64,000 nucleotides of DNA from Kudoa neothunni (lineage: Eukaryota > Animalia > Cnidaria): NCBI GenBank assembly GCA_964304625.1, contig OZ199838.1:7955350-8019349 (forward strand), read 5' to 3'. Position 1 is the first letter of the stretch. Each line of letters opens with the position of its first letter. This document shows positions 51,602 through 64,000 of the stretch, one piece after another. The notes under the pieces were generated by a model. That model was not told the DNA's origin, made no database searches, and saw only the letters and a program-made list of their open reading frames with translations. Position numbers and translations under genes: made by a program.

Positions 51602-53883
51602 CAGGGGTTCTCGACCAGTGGTAGATTTACCCCCTGGGGGTAAATTATGTGGCATACAAATTGGATTCTAAAAATTTTAGCATAATGCTATTTGTTACAT
51701 ACCTGAGGCTGCCTAAGGAGTTATATTATTTAGTGGCATTGAACCCAACTAAGATTTTCACAGAAATGCTTAAAATATTTGTAGGAACAAGTATTTAACA
51801 ACTTTATATAAAACTGTCTGCTCCCATATTTTAGAATGTCTAAGAGACGTTCATACCTCGATTCGTATGTAAAGTATGGGTTTGATTTCATTACTGTGGA
51901 TGGAGTGGAAAAACCCCTATGCTCGTTGTGTTTAAAAATCCTTGGAAATGGATCGATGAAACCACTGACACTCAAACAACGTTTACAATCTTTACACCCT
52001 ACCCATGCTTCTGATGACCAAATATAGTGCTTGAGGTACATTGGCAAAATTTGATTTCGTACAGGAGAAGAAACCAATCCTTACAGATTTTTACCTTGTA
52101 GCGCAGCGAATAGCAAAGGCAAAAAAACCTTATGACATTGTCGAAAGGTTCATTAAACCTTGTGTTCTAGACATGTTCGAATTTATATGTAGAAAAGAAG
52201 CAAAACAGAAAATTCGAGTTGTTTCACTCTCAAACGACACCATTAATAGACGTATAACTGAAATATCTCAAGATATTTGTGAACAAGTAATTGATCAGAT
52301 TAAATCCAGCCCAACAAGAATTTCTTTGCAACTGGATGAGTCCTGTAATACAGCCAATTTTTCGCAACTTCTTGTTTTTGTTCGATACGTTGGTGGAAAG
52401 TTGTTAAAAAATGAATTTTTCTTTTGTGAGTATCTGAAAAAACACCAAAGCTGTTGATATAATGGAAGAAATATATGATTTTTTCCAAAGATATGGTTTA
52501 TCGTGGGGAATGGTTGGTTCAATCTATACAGACGGAGCTCGAGCTATGATGAGGGTGAAGTCGGGCTTCACTGCACCTGTAAAACAAAAAGTGTCTCATG
52601 TAATGTAAGAACAACCCATTGTGTTTTTCATAGGCATGCTTTGGTCTTAAAAACTCTCCCGGATGAATTAAAAATTGTCATGCAGAAAGTTGATGTTATA
52701 AACTTCATCAGAGCCAGATAATTGAATCATCGTTTGTTTAAATTTTTTTGTGAAGAAATGGGATCTGAACATTCTGTTCCATTACTTCATATTGAAGTGA
52801 GGTGGCTCTCTCGTGGATTGGCTTCGAAACGCGTGTTTGAGCTTCGCACTGAAGTGGAGATTTTCCTTCATAACCAGAATTCAATGCTTGACGAGAATTT
52901 TTCTGACCCTATTTTCATTTCTTATTTAGCATATTTATCAGATATATTCAGTCATCTCAACCAACTCAACAAAAAACTCCAAGGAACAGGTGTGACTTGT
53001 TGAAGCGCGCGAGAGAATTATTGCTTTCCTGGCAAATTTAGATTTGTGGACACAAAGAGTCCATCAAAAAAATTTTACAAATTTTCCAACCTTGGAGGAG
53101 TTCAATGAAAGACCCGATTTATCATCTGCAACAAATGAAAATATTGCAGCGCATTTGAAAATCTTAAGGAATCAGTTTACTGATTATTTTTCTGAGGACA
53201 TGATTCCAACGGAGAGACGGATTTTAAATCCTTTTGCTTTTCGGCTATCAGAAATGAATGATAATGATCTAGAAAAGGATGAATTGATTAATCTTCAATC
53301 GTCTGCTACTTTTGAGGAGGGATTTGAAAAGGGTGGTGTTAATTTTTGGGTAAAGCTTGGAGATTCATTTCCCCTCCTCATTCAGCGTGCCTACCGAGTC
53401 ATTATTCCATTTATATCCACTTACATATGTGAAACTGGATTCTCAACGTTAGTACAAATAAAGTCAAAAGTCAGGGACCGTTTGAACATCACCGATGATA
53501 TGAGAGTAGCATTGCCATCCACAGCTTCACGAATAAGCAAACTAGTTGATTCAAAGAATCAGCAATATTCTCACTAACAATCTTCTTGACTATTATTAAA
53601 GTTTTTTTATATTTTTTAAAATATGTTACTAAGTAAAATACTCATTTCAAAACTCGTTTTTATGTGACTGGATGCGCAAATCAACTGATTCACTTTTTTT
53701 GAAATCGTGTAAATATATTTAAAACAAATAAGAATTGTTCCTAAAATTTCTTTATTAAAATCATTAAGATGCGTTTTCCCCGCAATGTATTGTTTAGCTA
53801 AACCAATACAAAACCTTAAAGTAGGTAAACATTTTGTTTCCAAATTAAGGGGGTAAATTTTAAAAAACGGTGGAGAAGCCCTG
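51602..53883 (+). mobile_element. hAT Buster/Charlie (ZBED5/SCAND3-like) transposon, decayed
   Basis: TIRs CAGGGGTTCTC / rc CAGGGCTTCTC; TSD CCATAGAG / TCACAGAG (6/8); SLQLDES, HCVFHRHAL, EVRWLSRG, STYICETGFS, QQYSH. Confidence 0.93.
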
Positions 53884-54996
53884 TCACAGAGAATAGCTGT
53901 CGTAAAAATTTTATTATTTGGCCAATGTGGGTTTTCATTTCTCTGTGAAAATATAATCGAATTACCCTGTCTTTAATGTGCCTAAAATTTTAATCATCAT
54001 TGAATCTTATTATAGAAACAGCTACAGTACTATTGATCACATAAATGAAATATACTAAGTAATAAATTTAGCCTAGCGATAATATTCTACTGAGGTGCCC
54101 TATGTGAGATAAACTTGCATGGAAAATTTACGTGAAAATGAATTACCAGAAAAATTGCCGTTCTTACAATCGGGCAGGGAAGTAACGACTAAACCCTATA
54201 AAATAATAGTGCCTTCATTGGCATTTCAGTTGAACAGAATACCAACATATTTCAATCCATAACTAAAATTTTTGAGACAAAATTAAATTTATTGTGAGAC
54301 AATATTATATTTGTTAGCAAAGTGCACATGCTTGATCCCTAACGATTAATACTTTATTTTAAGTATAGTATAATTAATTATACTTAAAGCGGATTCTGCT
54401 TATTCCACTGAAACCAAACAGTTTTAAATGTTCTCATAAAAAACGAGTAAGGGACGCACACCAATACATTGAAATTATCTCAAGTTATGCTCTAGGTCAC
54501 GTTGTCGGAGAAGATGGGGGATAATCGGAGGCCTTCTGTGGTCGCTATTGTTACTAAGGCTTGATTCTCTTTTCACAGTTAGTTTAGTTTGATATTTAAT
54601 TCATTCGGAAATTAAAAAAAAATATTAAGCATTAATATTTATGTGTTTTGTTTTAAATGGCATAATTCTGTTTGAACAAAAGTGGATGCATAGGATTAAT
54701 AATAATCGCTTTAATTATCTTTGTTAAGTTTTGTGAAACGCAAAAACGTAGTATTCATTGCGTTTTTAGTGTTTCTGTCAATAGAAGTAGATATTATATA
54801 TAATTAAAATTGAATGAAACCTATAACCACATTAGTAACTTCATTAATCCGCTGGAATTATTTATTGTAAACCCGGTGATTTAACACGTAAGCAAGCACT
54901 AGGCAATATTAACAAAAGGCTACTAGAAGAATTGAATTAGGTCTGCGTTGAATTTAATACTAATTTCGATTTAAGAATATATTAACAAGTTTTAAA

Positions 54997-56254
54997 ATGG
55001 AAGTGAAAACTACCGCAATACAAGTTGAAGCAAAACCAAAGAAGAACCGATGGTATTTGGGAGGTGTTGCCGGTTGTATGGCCATATTCTTCACACATCC
55101 ATTAGATTTATTAAAAGTGAACAAGCATGTATGTTTAATGTTAGCTAAATAATTATCACTAGGTGCACCTGCAAACACAAACCCAAGGCAATTTAGGTTT
55201 GGTTGGAATGTGTAAAAATGTTGTCAAAAACGAGGGACTTCTCGGTTTGTATGCTGGTCTTTCAGCTGCACAACTTCGACAAGTTATCTCTATTTAAAAC
55301 TAAGTTCATTCTCGACTAAAGTTAGATTACATATACCACCACTAGGTTTGGTATATATGAAATTTGCTCGTCAAATTTGAAAGGCGAAACCACAACCAAC
55401 ATCCCTTTCTATCAAAAACTAGGTGTTGGAGCTGCGTCAGGATTTGTAGCTGGTATTGTTGGAAATCCTGCAGATATGGTTAATGTCAGGATGCAAAACG
55501 ATATGAAATTGCCAAAAGAAGCCCGTCGAAAGTATCTATTCCAATCCATCTATTCACCATAATTTACTCAAGTTACAAAAATGCCGTGGATGGTCTCTTT
55601 AAAGTAGCTCGCAATGGATACATCGAGTTTATTGGTTGTGCGCAATGTTGTACCCGGTTATACTGTAGAAGGTCCAATATCTTTGTTCAATGGTGCTACA
55701 ATGACGGCTACAAGAGGCTTATTGATGACTGTTGGTCAAGTTGCCTTTTATGATCAAGCCAAACAAATGCTTCTTAGTAGTGGGTATTTAATGTCCCAAT
55801 AAAAAGGTTGATTTATATGATTTAATTTTTAGCTACTTTAAAGATAATATTCAAACACATTTTGTTGCCAGCTTCTTCGCAGTAACAACTCAAATTATAA
55901 TTAGATTATTGTTACTTAATACCGTTTCATTAAAGGGACAATTGCCACTGTATTAACTCAGCCCTTCGATGTGCTGAAAACCCCCGCCTGATGAACGCCA
56001 AAAAGGAGATTATGCGGTTCTTATATAAATCGTTGAGATTATTCAACTAGTGTTTAGAATTTAGCTGCATTGATTTCCATAACTGGTCAAGAAGGTGTTG
56101 GAGCATTCTATAAAGTAATCATATTACAGTTAGGTTATGTGTATGAAAATTCTTCTAAGGGATTTATTCCAGCCTGGACCAGACTACTACCCCAAAACCA
56201 TTTTAACATGGGTAATTTTTGGAACAACTCAGAAAGCTTTTCCCCGCAAATTAA
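54997..56254 (+). CDS. SLC25A10: Mitochondrial dicarboxylate carrier; 3' exons carry several homopolymer indels
   Basis: RWYLGGVAGCMAIFFTHPLDLLKVHLQ, RQITYTTTRFGIYE, GNPADMVNVRMQND, TVGQVAFYDQAKQ, TQPFDVLKT, GFIPAWTRLLP; three PxD/ExxK/R carrier motifs. Confidence 0.9.
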
Positions 56255-56798
56255 AATTATTTCCCGTCACCACTACTGCTCTTTTGCGTGTCATTTTCTT
56301 AAATTCATAGTTCACTCTTTTTTATGCGTTTATTCCAGTTATTAGTTTTATTTATTATTATTTGTTTGTAATTACTACCAACTTTGACTTTAGTTTGCCG
56401 TTTTTAGTTCATTTTCACGCTTTAAGTGTGTGATATTTGCTTTCTTTTGTAGTTTGATTAATTTATAGCTTATTGGCGTTTTTATCATAATCTGTATAGA
56501 AGCTAACAATATTTTAAGAGCCTATGGACGTTATGCATACAGCGTTTCTTATTTTCAGGTTTATGGAAACTTTAGCCTATATTATTTGTTATTACATACA
56601 ACGTTGTCAACCTTCATCGATAGCTAATATTATGTAATATGTGTTAATGAAAATATGCATATCTTCCTTATATTTAAATCTTTGTGTTGACAAATAATCA
56701 CTTTTCGAGGGCTTCGGGTCGATTTGATCGCAAAGTCTTCAGAAAGTCAAGCGTTAACTTTCCGAATCCTACGAATTTCCCGATTATAAATTGGACTT

Positions 56799-57828
56799 GG
56801 CTAAACTGCAGTTTGGGACAATTGTCGGATATAGTCGCGCATCGGTTTTTAAAATGAGTTTTCAATAGACATTATGTTACTAGAAGACTTGTTTTTTTTA
56901 AATCCGATTTTAAAAAAACTTTTTAACACGATACAAAATTTGGGGCTGCTGTCAAAAGTTAAAAAGTGCAATAAATGCTCATCAGATATGTATCTGATAA
57001 ATCAAAAATATAAAAATGATTTGTACGCATTTTTTTTGCGGCGTTTGCAGAAAAGAAATGTTCCATCAGAAATGGAACCTTTTTTGAGGGGTCACATTTA
57101 TCGTTGTGGCAGATATTTGCCTTGATGTATTTTAATCTGAACGACATAAATGTCATATAGAACAATATGTAGACAGCTGGACATTGGTTCTGAGCACACT
57201 GTAGTTGATTGGATGCAGTATATCCGAGAAATTTACTCTGAATACTTAGACTCCCATCGCGAAAAATCGGTTCTCCTGGCTTAGTTGTTCAAATCGATGA
57301 GTCATTTATCTGCAGAAGAAAATACCATCGTGGAAAAATTTTGGTCAACCAGTCTTGTTGGAGGAATTGACAACAATGGAAATATTTTCCAGCAAATTAC
57401 AGACGTTCGAGACAAACCTACGCTGGAAAATATCATCTTGAGTAATGTCGAATTGGGCTCGATGATTTGGACGGATGGTTGGAAGGGATACAAGGATTTG
57501 TCCCTTATTGGTATCAACACGAAGTTGTGATCCATAAAAATGGCTTCAAAAGAATGGATGGAGTTCATTACTAATCGCATCGAAGCCATTTGGGGACAGT
57601 GAAAAGAAAGTATCGCCACATCACCAACAGGAGGTCAGAATTGATGGGTTCTTACCTCTCAGAATATCATTTAAAAAGAAAATTCACTATTGAAACTTTT
57701 AAAATATATACATATTAACAATTAGTGAATTATATCTCCATTGATAATGTACTTTACATATTTTATTTTATTTTGCGTAACTATACCCGACAATGCCGAA
57801 GAATGGCCCCCAAACTGCCAGTTTAGCC
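56799..57828 (+). mobile_element. Merlin transposon, frameshifted
   Basis: TIRs GGCTAAACTG...GTTTGGG; flanks TTGGACTT / ATTGACTT; VGGIDNNG, IWTDGWKGY, TNRIEAIWG. Confidence 0.88.
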
Positions 57829-57881
57829 ATTGACTTTAAATGCATTCATAGAAACAATCATCTTCATGGGTATTAAAATTA

Positions 57882-59762
57882 TAGTAAGGTCTCGATATTG
57901 TGTGGTTTTAATGGAATTTTCCACGCAATACCGAGCCGGCGCACGCGCAACACGCGAAAAATATTAATTTTTAACAAAAAAAGTCATCTATTTTTTAAAC
58001 TTATCCCTACTTTTAATAATTTTATATATTTCGTCCATTATGGGATGAGTAAAGCTTAAAGCAGCAGCAGGATCCTCCCACATAGAAATTTTTCCGATAA
58101 TATTATCACATTTTTTAATTCAGCCGAGCCAACTATTTCATTATTTTTATCAAAACCGGGGTCTTAATCGCATTTTGAAAAAATCGAAATATATTTATCG
58201 ACTTGATGTGATACGTCCTCATGCACGGTTTCAGCGTCCTCCAATTCATTTACATCGTCAAAGTCGTCTAGGGATTTATTTGAAACAAACTTACCTGAAA
58301 AACATATTTACCTACAATTATTGTTTCAGGTGTAGAGTCGACATCTGCATTAGTATCCTCTTTATTTTATATTAACGTTAATTGATTAGTTAATCACACG
58401 ATTTCTGAATATCTGAGATTTCTTGAAACAGTTTTCAATATTTTTTCTCTACCATGTCCCATGCTTCATTCAACGTATGAAAATAATCCATAATCGTGTA
58501 TTTGAAGGGTGTTGAAGTATCCTCATCGGGCAGAAACTTTCTGGTCAACAATTTGCGGTAGTTTACCTTCAAACTATGAATGATGCCGAGATCCATTGGC
58601 TGGAGGATACTGGTGGTGTTTTTAGGTAGGAACAACAATTCAATGTTATTAAAGTGATTTGTTAAATTGGGATGACACGGGCATTGATCAAGGGGGATAA
58701 GGACTTTTCTATTTTCTTGACTGAATTTGTTATCTAAATTTTTTAGAATTTCTAAAAATAGAGCCGTGGATATCCAACCATTTTTTGGGACTAATCGTTT
58801 ACTAGGAGTTCTTTGACCCCATTAAAACAATGCGGCTCCTTAAATTTTCCCATCACGTAAAGTGTAAATTTCTCGCCGGTATATGAAGCAGTACCCAATA
58901 TAATTACTCTTTTTTTTTGATTGTATTGTCCCTCTTTACCAAATTCGTGCTTGGTGACATACTTTCGCTAAAGTATTACTCGTAGAAAAGGGGGCTTCAT
59001 CCATATTTATATCTTCCCGTTTATACTTACCAAGAATATTTGAATTATTGTTTATCCATTGGGGGATCGCACCTACATCAGCACTTCCGGCCTCTCCATG
59101 TAATCTGATATTTGTCCAACAATACCTTGTCTTGAAATTAGAGAACCAACCATTCCTAAAATTAAGATCGTAAATTTTACTATCTTCAGCTATTTTTGCA
59201 GTCTTTTCGTAAATAATAAATCCATGAATATTTTTCTTCTTTTCTCTCTGAAGAACAATCCAGTTGAATAATAGACTTTCAAGCTCAACATATTTCCCGT
59301 TTTTTATTCTAATACGACTATCAGGAAAATTCGAATCGCCGATTTCGCTTTCCTTAGATAACATTCTATCCAACGAAGAATAGCCTCTGTTTATTTAATA
59401 ATGATTAGAAATTAATGCTTATTAGACAGGTTAAATTTCTTTATTGTTAAAGCTTTGGCCCTAGGAATCGATCCTAGTGATGTATAATACAATATTATTC
59501 CTCGTTTATCCTTAATGCTTCTCTGACACCTAACCATTTCAACTTCTGTAACACTTCAAAAGGCGGATTAATCGGATTATTTGATGTAAAAAAGCCACGC
59601 AATAGCAAGACCCTCGATTTTCACTGATCTTATATATATATATATATATAAATATGAAAACATATTATATTAATCATATAACAACATTTCAGCCAATTAA
59701 TTGTACAATGTGAATTAAACAAGACTACGAATTGAAAACCACGCTATATGGAGACCTTACTG
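57882..59762 (-). mobile_element. pogo/Tigger transposon, decayed
   Basis: 28-bp TIRs (C/T)AGTAAGGTCTC(C/G)ATAT.., TA TSD; CENP-B HTH GWFSNFKTRY, LHGEAGSAD, FLPKNTTSILQPMDLGII. Confidence 0.9.
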
Positions 59763-59945
59763 TAGTTTACTTTCTTTTAATATAACCCAATTTTCTATGT
59801 AAAAGCCTTTTTAATGGGTAAGTTTGCCAAGGAATCTTAGTTTTATATTCAAGGCATCCCCGTCTTTACATAGCTAATTTATTTTGTTTAGCGATGAAAA
59901 GTACAAAATTAGGGATTTGTTGACCATAAAAAGCAATTAAAATAT

Positions 59946-62900
59946 TGTGACGTCATCATAGATAATTAGTAGTCGTAATTAGCCACTTTTGAGTTAGAAT
60001 TCCAATCATCCAATAGTAATTGTGTTTTTTCCATGATTTGAAACACATTCGCCTCACCGAATAGTTTTACATGAACTTTCAAATGTTCCGACAGGATAAA
60101 CATGACTTTTTGTCCCAGAAAAAATTCGAATTCCTCTGCGGTCGCCTGTGGCCGCGCCATCTTGAAGAGTGAAAAGATCCTCTGGTAATAATCTTGGACT
60201 GCTTCTTTCGGCTTTATGGAGGCTTGCGAAAAATCGTGCAAAAATGACTCCTTACTCTTGAGACCTCTTGAATACTGCAATATGCTCTCGTTAAGAATAG
60301 TAATCATTTGGGTTGACGATAGGACCACGCTTTCATTATGTTGGTTCGGTTTGAAATATTCACGCATGTGACAAGGGATTGCCAGGAGTGTTGAAGCGTA
60401 TAGCTGTTTCTCATCCCAACCTTTTGCAACTGCTTGCAGTTGGAGCTCTTCTGTTGTTCGACGTTCTCGTTAAAATTTATCGTCATAGATGCTGTGAATC
60501 CCACCTCTGACACCATTGTGGCGCGAACGAGGAGGCAGAATTAAGGCAGTGGCTATTACCACGGGAATCAATTTCTCTGCAATTGTTATCTCTATTAAAT
60601 AACTAATTTAACATTACTATTATTTATATTTTTCTCTACTAAATTATGAAAAATAAAGAAATTTGAGATGGTTGTAAATTTATGTAAAATAGACGGTCAG
60701 AAACATAAATGTTAGCGAATTTAATAGACCAAAACAATATTAACGTTGAATTATTTATAAATAATAATCATTTCTAAATTTATTGCTTTGAACCATGCAG
60801 TATAAAACATAACTCCGCGTGTTTCACGAGTTTGGTTGAACTACAATGAGTGATTCAAATTCAGACAATTTTCATGTTGGAATGAAATTTGAAACTTTTG
60901 AAAGTTTAAAAATTTTATATTCAAGAGTATGAGAAAAGTCATTTTGTGAATTTAAAGATTCGAGATTCAAGAAGAATTGATTCAGTGCAAAAACCGGGTT
61001 AATCGAAATATTAAAACACACTAGTGTATTACGAAATAACTTACGTATGTTACTTTGGAGCCCATTACCGAAATAGAGGTAAAGGCGAACGCACAAAAAT
61101 TCCCTTAAGAGAGATTGCCCATTTAGAGTTACATTAAGAGTAAGTGTAGATGGAAATTTCCTGGAGATTAGATCTTCTAACACTGTCCATAACCATCCAA
61201 ACGATCAATGGATCTATGAAAACTTACCCAGTCAGAGGAAATTAAACCAATGTGATGGCTATTTGTCAGAGCTTCTTTCTCTCGGAGCAAACAAAAAGCT
61301 CATACAAGCCAAGATAAATGACGAGACAGACAAGAAAATACCTTTGAAAGCTATCCACAACATTAAAAAATCCTCTTAAGTCGGAACTGATGACATTACT
61401 TTAGTTTTAGAAATTTTAAAGAATCAATACAACTGCATGGTGAGCGTTTTATCAGATGATAATAAAAATGTTTGTGGAATCTTTTTTTATGGATAAGCAG
61501 ATGCTCAACACAATTCATTTCTTTCCAGGGTTACTCATGCTTGATGCAACCTATAAACTGCTAGACTCGCGGTAATCTTAGGAGGTTTTCTCTATTTCGT
61601 TGCTGTATTAGTTCATTAGTGCGCCATTGCATCTGTCTGTTGCAGAAGACTCGGTTGGTGAAACCCACATAACTAGCGGCTGCATCTTGTACGATGAAAC
61701 GGCGGAGTCAATTAAATGGTATATTTCTCAACTAATAAAAATGATGCCGAACATGACTCAAAATGTCCGAACGATCATTACTGACAAGCACCACACTCTA
61801 AGGAAGTGGTTGAAAGAATTATTTCCAAATTCCAATCTAATGATCTGCATATTTCATGTTTCTCAAAGTTTCAGACGTGAAATAACTATGTCGAAATACG
61901 GTATCACTCGAGAGAAAAGGGACCAATTGCTTGAAATTCTTAATAAAATTATCTATTCGAAAAATAAACATGAATTCGATAAACTATGCAATAATCTTTT
62001 TCAACAAAGCAACGATAAGTTTATTAACTATTTTAAATCCAATTGGGAACCAATCGCTGATGAATGGGTCATAGGATTAAGTGAAACACATCATTTCTAT
62101 GAAAACTTGACCAATAATAGATTAGAAGCCATTAATGGCCAATTAAAACAAACAATAAAGAAATTTTCAAATCTTAATGATTTTTTCCGTTATTTCTTTG
62201 ACGCTCTCAAATCAATGAGAATAGAAAGGAAATACAATATAACCAAAATATTACTGAATTCAGTTAATTTTGATACCTCAAATGAAGTTCTAAACGCGTA
62301 TTTTAATCATTTAAATCCATTTGCCTTCAATATAATCCACAAATAAATTCAAAATTTTAACGAAAACACGAATACAGATAGTTTAACTACATCCATGAGA
62401 TGTAATTGTTATATTTACAGATCGTACCTCCTTCCATGTAGTCGTATTTTTAAAAAGAGAGCGTTTAACCTGCTTCCAATGTTCGATTCAAATCGATACC
62501 ATCCTAGATAGTCAAAAGATTACATGAGCCAATTCTTGGAAATTGGAACTATAAATATCACTCCAAATAAGAGAATTTCAATAAAGCCCAAAGGAATTTT
62601 TAATTATTATGGAAAAAACTTAAAAAACTCTGTGATTTACACAAATAAGCTAGCAGCTTTGTCCGCTGAATATTGTGGGGAGTTTTATGATAGTTGCCTA
62701 TCACTATTCAACACAATAGAAAAAAATAATCAAGAACCACGACATCAAACTAATAAAACAAATAAATCAATTAGGTATTTTAAGAAAACTTAATTTTTCT
62801 TGATTTATTTTTAGGAAATCGCACCATTGAATACTCTGAGGCTATAGCCGAAGATGAAGATATCTCTGAAGGAAGAGGTATATGACGCTTAACTTGAATA

Positions 62901-63900
62901 TTTTACTCGTATCTAACTTACAAAAAATAGATGTTATTGAGAATATTTTTAATTCTCAAATAATTGTTGAGGGTGTTGGTAATAATATTGTTCCGCAAGG
63001 TGAGGAGATTATCGAGAATATTATTGTTAATAATATTTCAAATGAAAATGCTCCCGAGCTCCAAATTGTTTTATCTAAAGATCAATTAGCACCTACTTTA
63101 AATATGATCGAGCTTGATGGTACTTTCATTTCCTTTCTTTTTTTAAATTATTTTAGCCTTAAAAATTCCCTCTCGAGTGAAGTCTGTTGGGAGACCAAGG
63201 GGATACGCTTTAACCACTATTGGATACAACAAAAAAACTAAATTTTCTTAGATCTCTCATTATTTATTTGACTAGGATAGCCATTGTTCATCGTGTTATA
63301 TTCATCTAATTTCTGAAAAATGGCCTAATTATGGTTAGTTTTCTCAAATTTCTTGTCTATATTGAAATCTAAAGCGGAAAATTCACATCATTTCTGTGAA
63401 ATATAATGAGCATATCTTATCTTGAAGTTCATAATTTATGAATAGAATACAATAAATCACATAATTTAAACATTGTAAATATTGGAAATAAATTAAATAA
63501 CACGAGGTTGAACGTATCATGTGGAAGCGCGCGCTTCAAGAGTAATGTCAGACCTACAAAATCACACCAAATTCTTTAACTTTAACCTTATTATTGACAC
63601 AAAATGATATAATACAATTTTGATCATGTATTAAATTAAGATTAATAAATCTTTCATTTAATTATGGAAAGCGATCAATGAAATAAACAATATAAATATG
63701 TAAAAAAAGATATTCTCAATTGTTACCTAATTCTATAATTTAGTAGAGAAAAACATAAATAATAGTAATGTTAAATTAGTTATTTAATAGAGATACTAAT
63801 TGTAGAGAAATTGATTCCCGTGGTAATAGCTACCACCCAGAATTAATAGACAACAATAATGAGGGTATGACGACTACTAATTATCTATGATGACGTCACA
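59946..63900 (-). mobile_element. Gypsy-derived LTR+PBS+truncated gag unit bounded by 31-bp inverted termini and a 5-bp TSD; its LTR is split by a MULE
   Basis: TGTGACGTCATCATAGATAATTAGTAGTCGT (59946-59976) is the exact reverse complement of 63870-63900; AATAT on both flanks; PBS TGGTGTCAGAGGTGGGAT at 60515-60498; gag fragments 59966-60516 align with the Gypsy gag at 27509-28261. Confidence 0.85.
60545..63837 (+). mobile_element. MULE/Mutator transposon with a ZSWIM3-like transposase (frameshifted, intron-containing)
   Basis: ~80-bp TIRs GGCAGTGGCTATTACCACGGGAATC; perfect 9-bp TSD CAGAATTAA (60536-60544 and 63838-63846); CPF...HNHP, MLDATYKL, IITDK, ICIFHV, TNNRLEAINGQLK, SWIM-like CNC...LPC. 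Confidence 0.93.
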
Positions 63901-64000
63901 AATATAAAAGTGTTTCATTTCAAAAAACATATAATTACTTATTATAGAATAGTTACCAAGACAATCAGTTAAGTGAACAATTTTTATTTTAACGAAACAT

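Noticed and set aside
55617-55668. Apparent non-canonical GA-AG intron in SLC25A10
   Set aside because: An in-phase canonical GT donor exists at 55635 (34-nt intron), and the gene has other likely indel errors, so GATAC may really be GTAC.

Overview
AT-rich eukaryotic genomic DNA, not prokaryotic. Compact islands of host genes with tiny (mostly 35-55 nt) spliceosomal introns are separated by dense, nested fields of mostly decayed transposons. The features suggest a reduced animal parasite such as a myxozoan cnidarian, but this is inference only. Seven host genes were reconstructed by hand across introns: GDP-L-fucose synthase (partial), an hnRNP A/B/D-type 2xRRM protein, BCCIP, DNA polymerase eta, TFIIIC subunit GTF3C2, OSGEP/Kae1 (one 8.85-kb TE-filled intron) and the mitochondrial dicarboxylate carrier. 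Mobile elements include Tc1/IS630, pogo/Tigger, hAT, Merlin (about 9 copies), MULE, piggyBac (one intact ORF), non-autonomous Helitrons and a Gypsy element; many boundaries were defined by TIRs and target-site duplications (TSDs). The most unusual object is at 59946-63900: an LTR-retrotransposon-derived unit (82-bp LTR, PBS, truncated gag) bounded by perfect 31-bp inverted termini and a perfect 5-bp TSD, later split by a MULE. Other notable items are overlapping convergent BCCIP/POLH coding ends, host-sized introns inside transposases and a structured non-coding island next to the POLH promoter. All coordinates were read by eye and no database searches were run.
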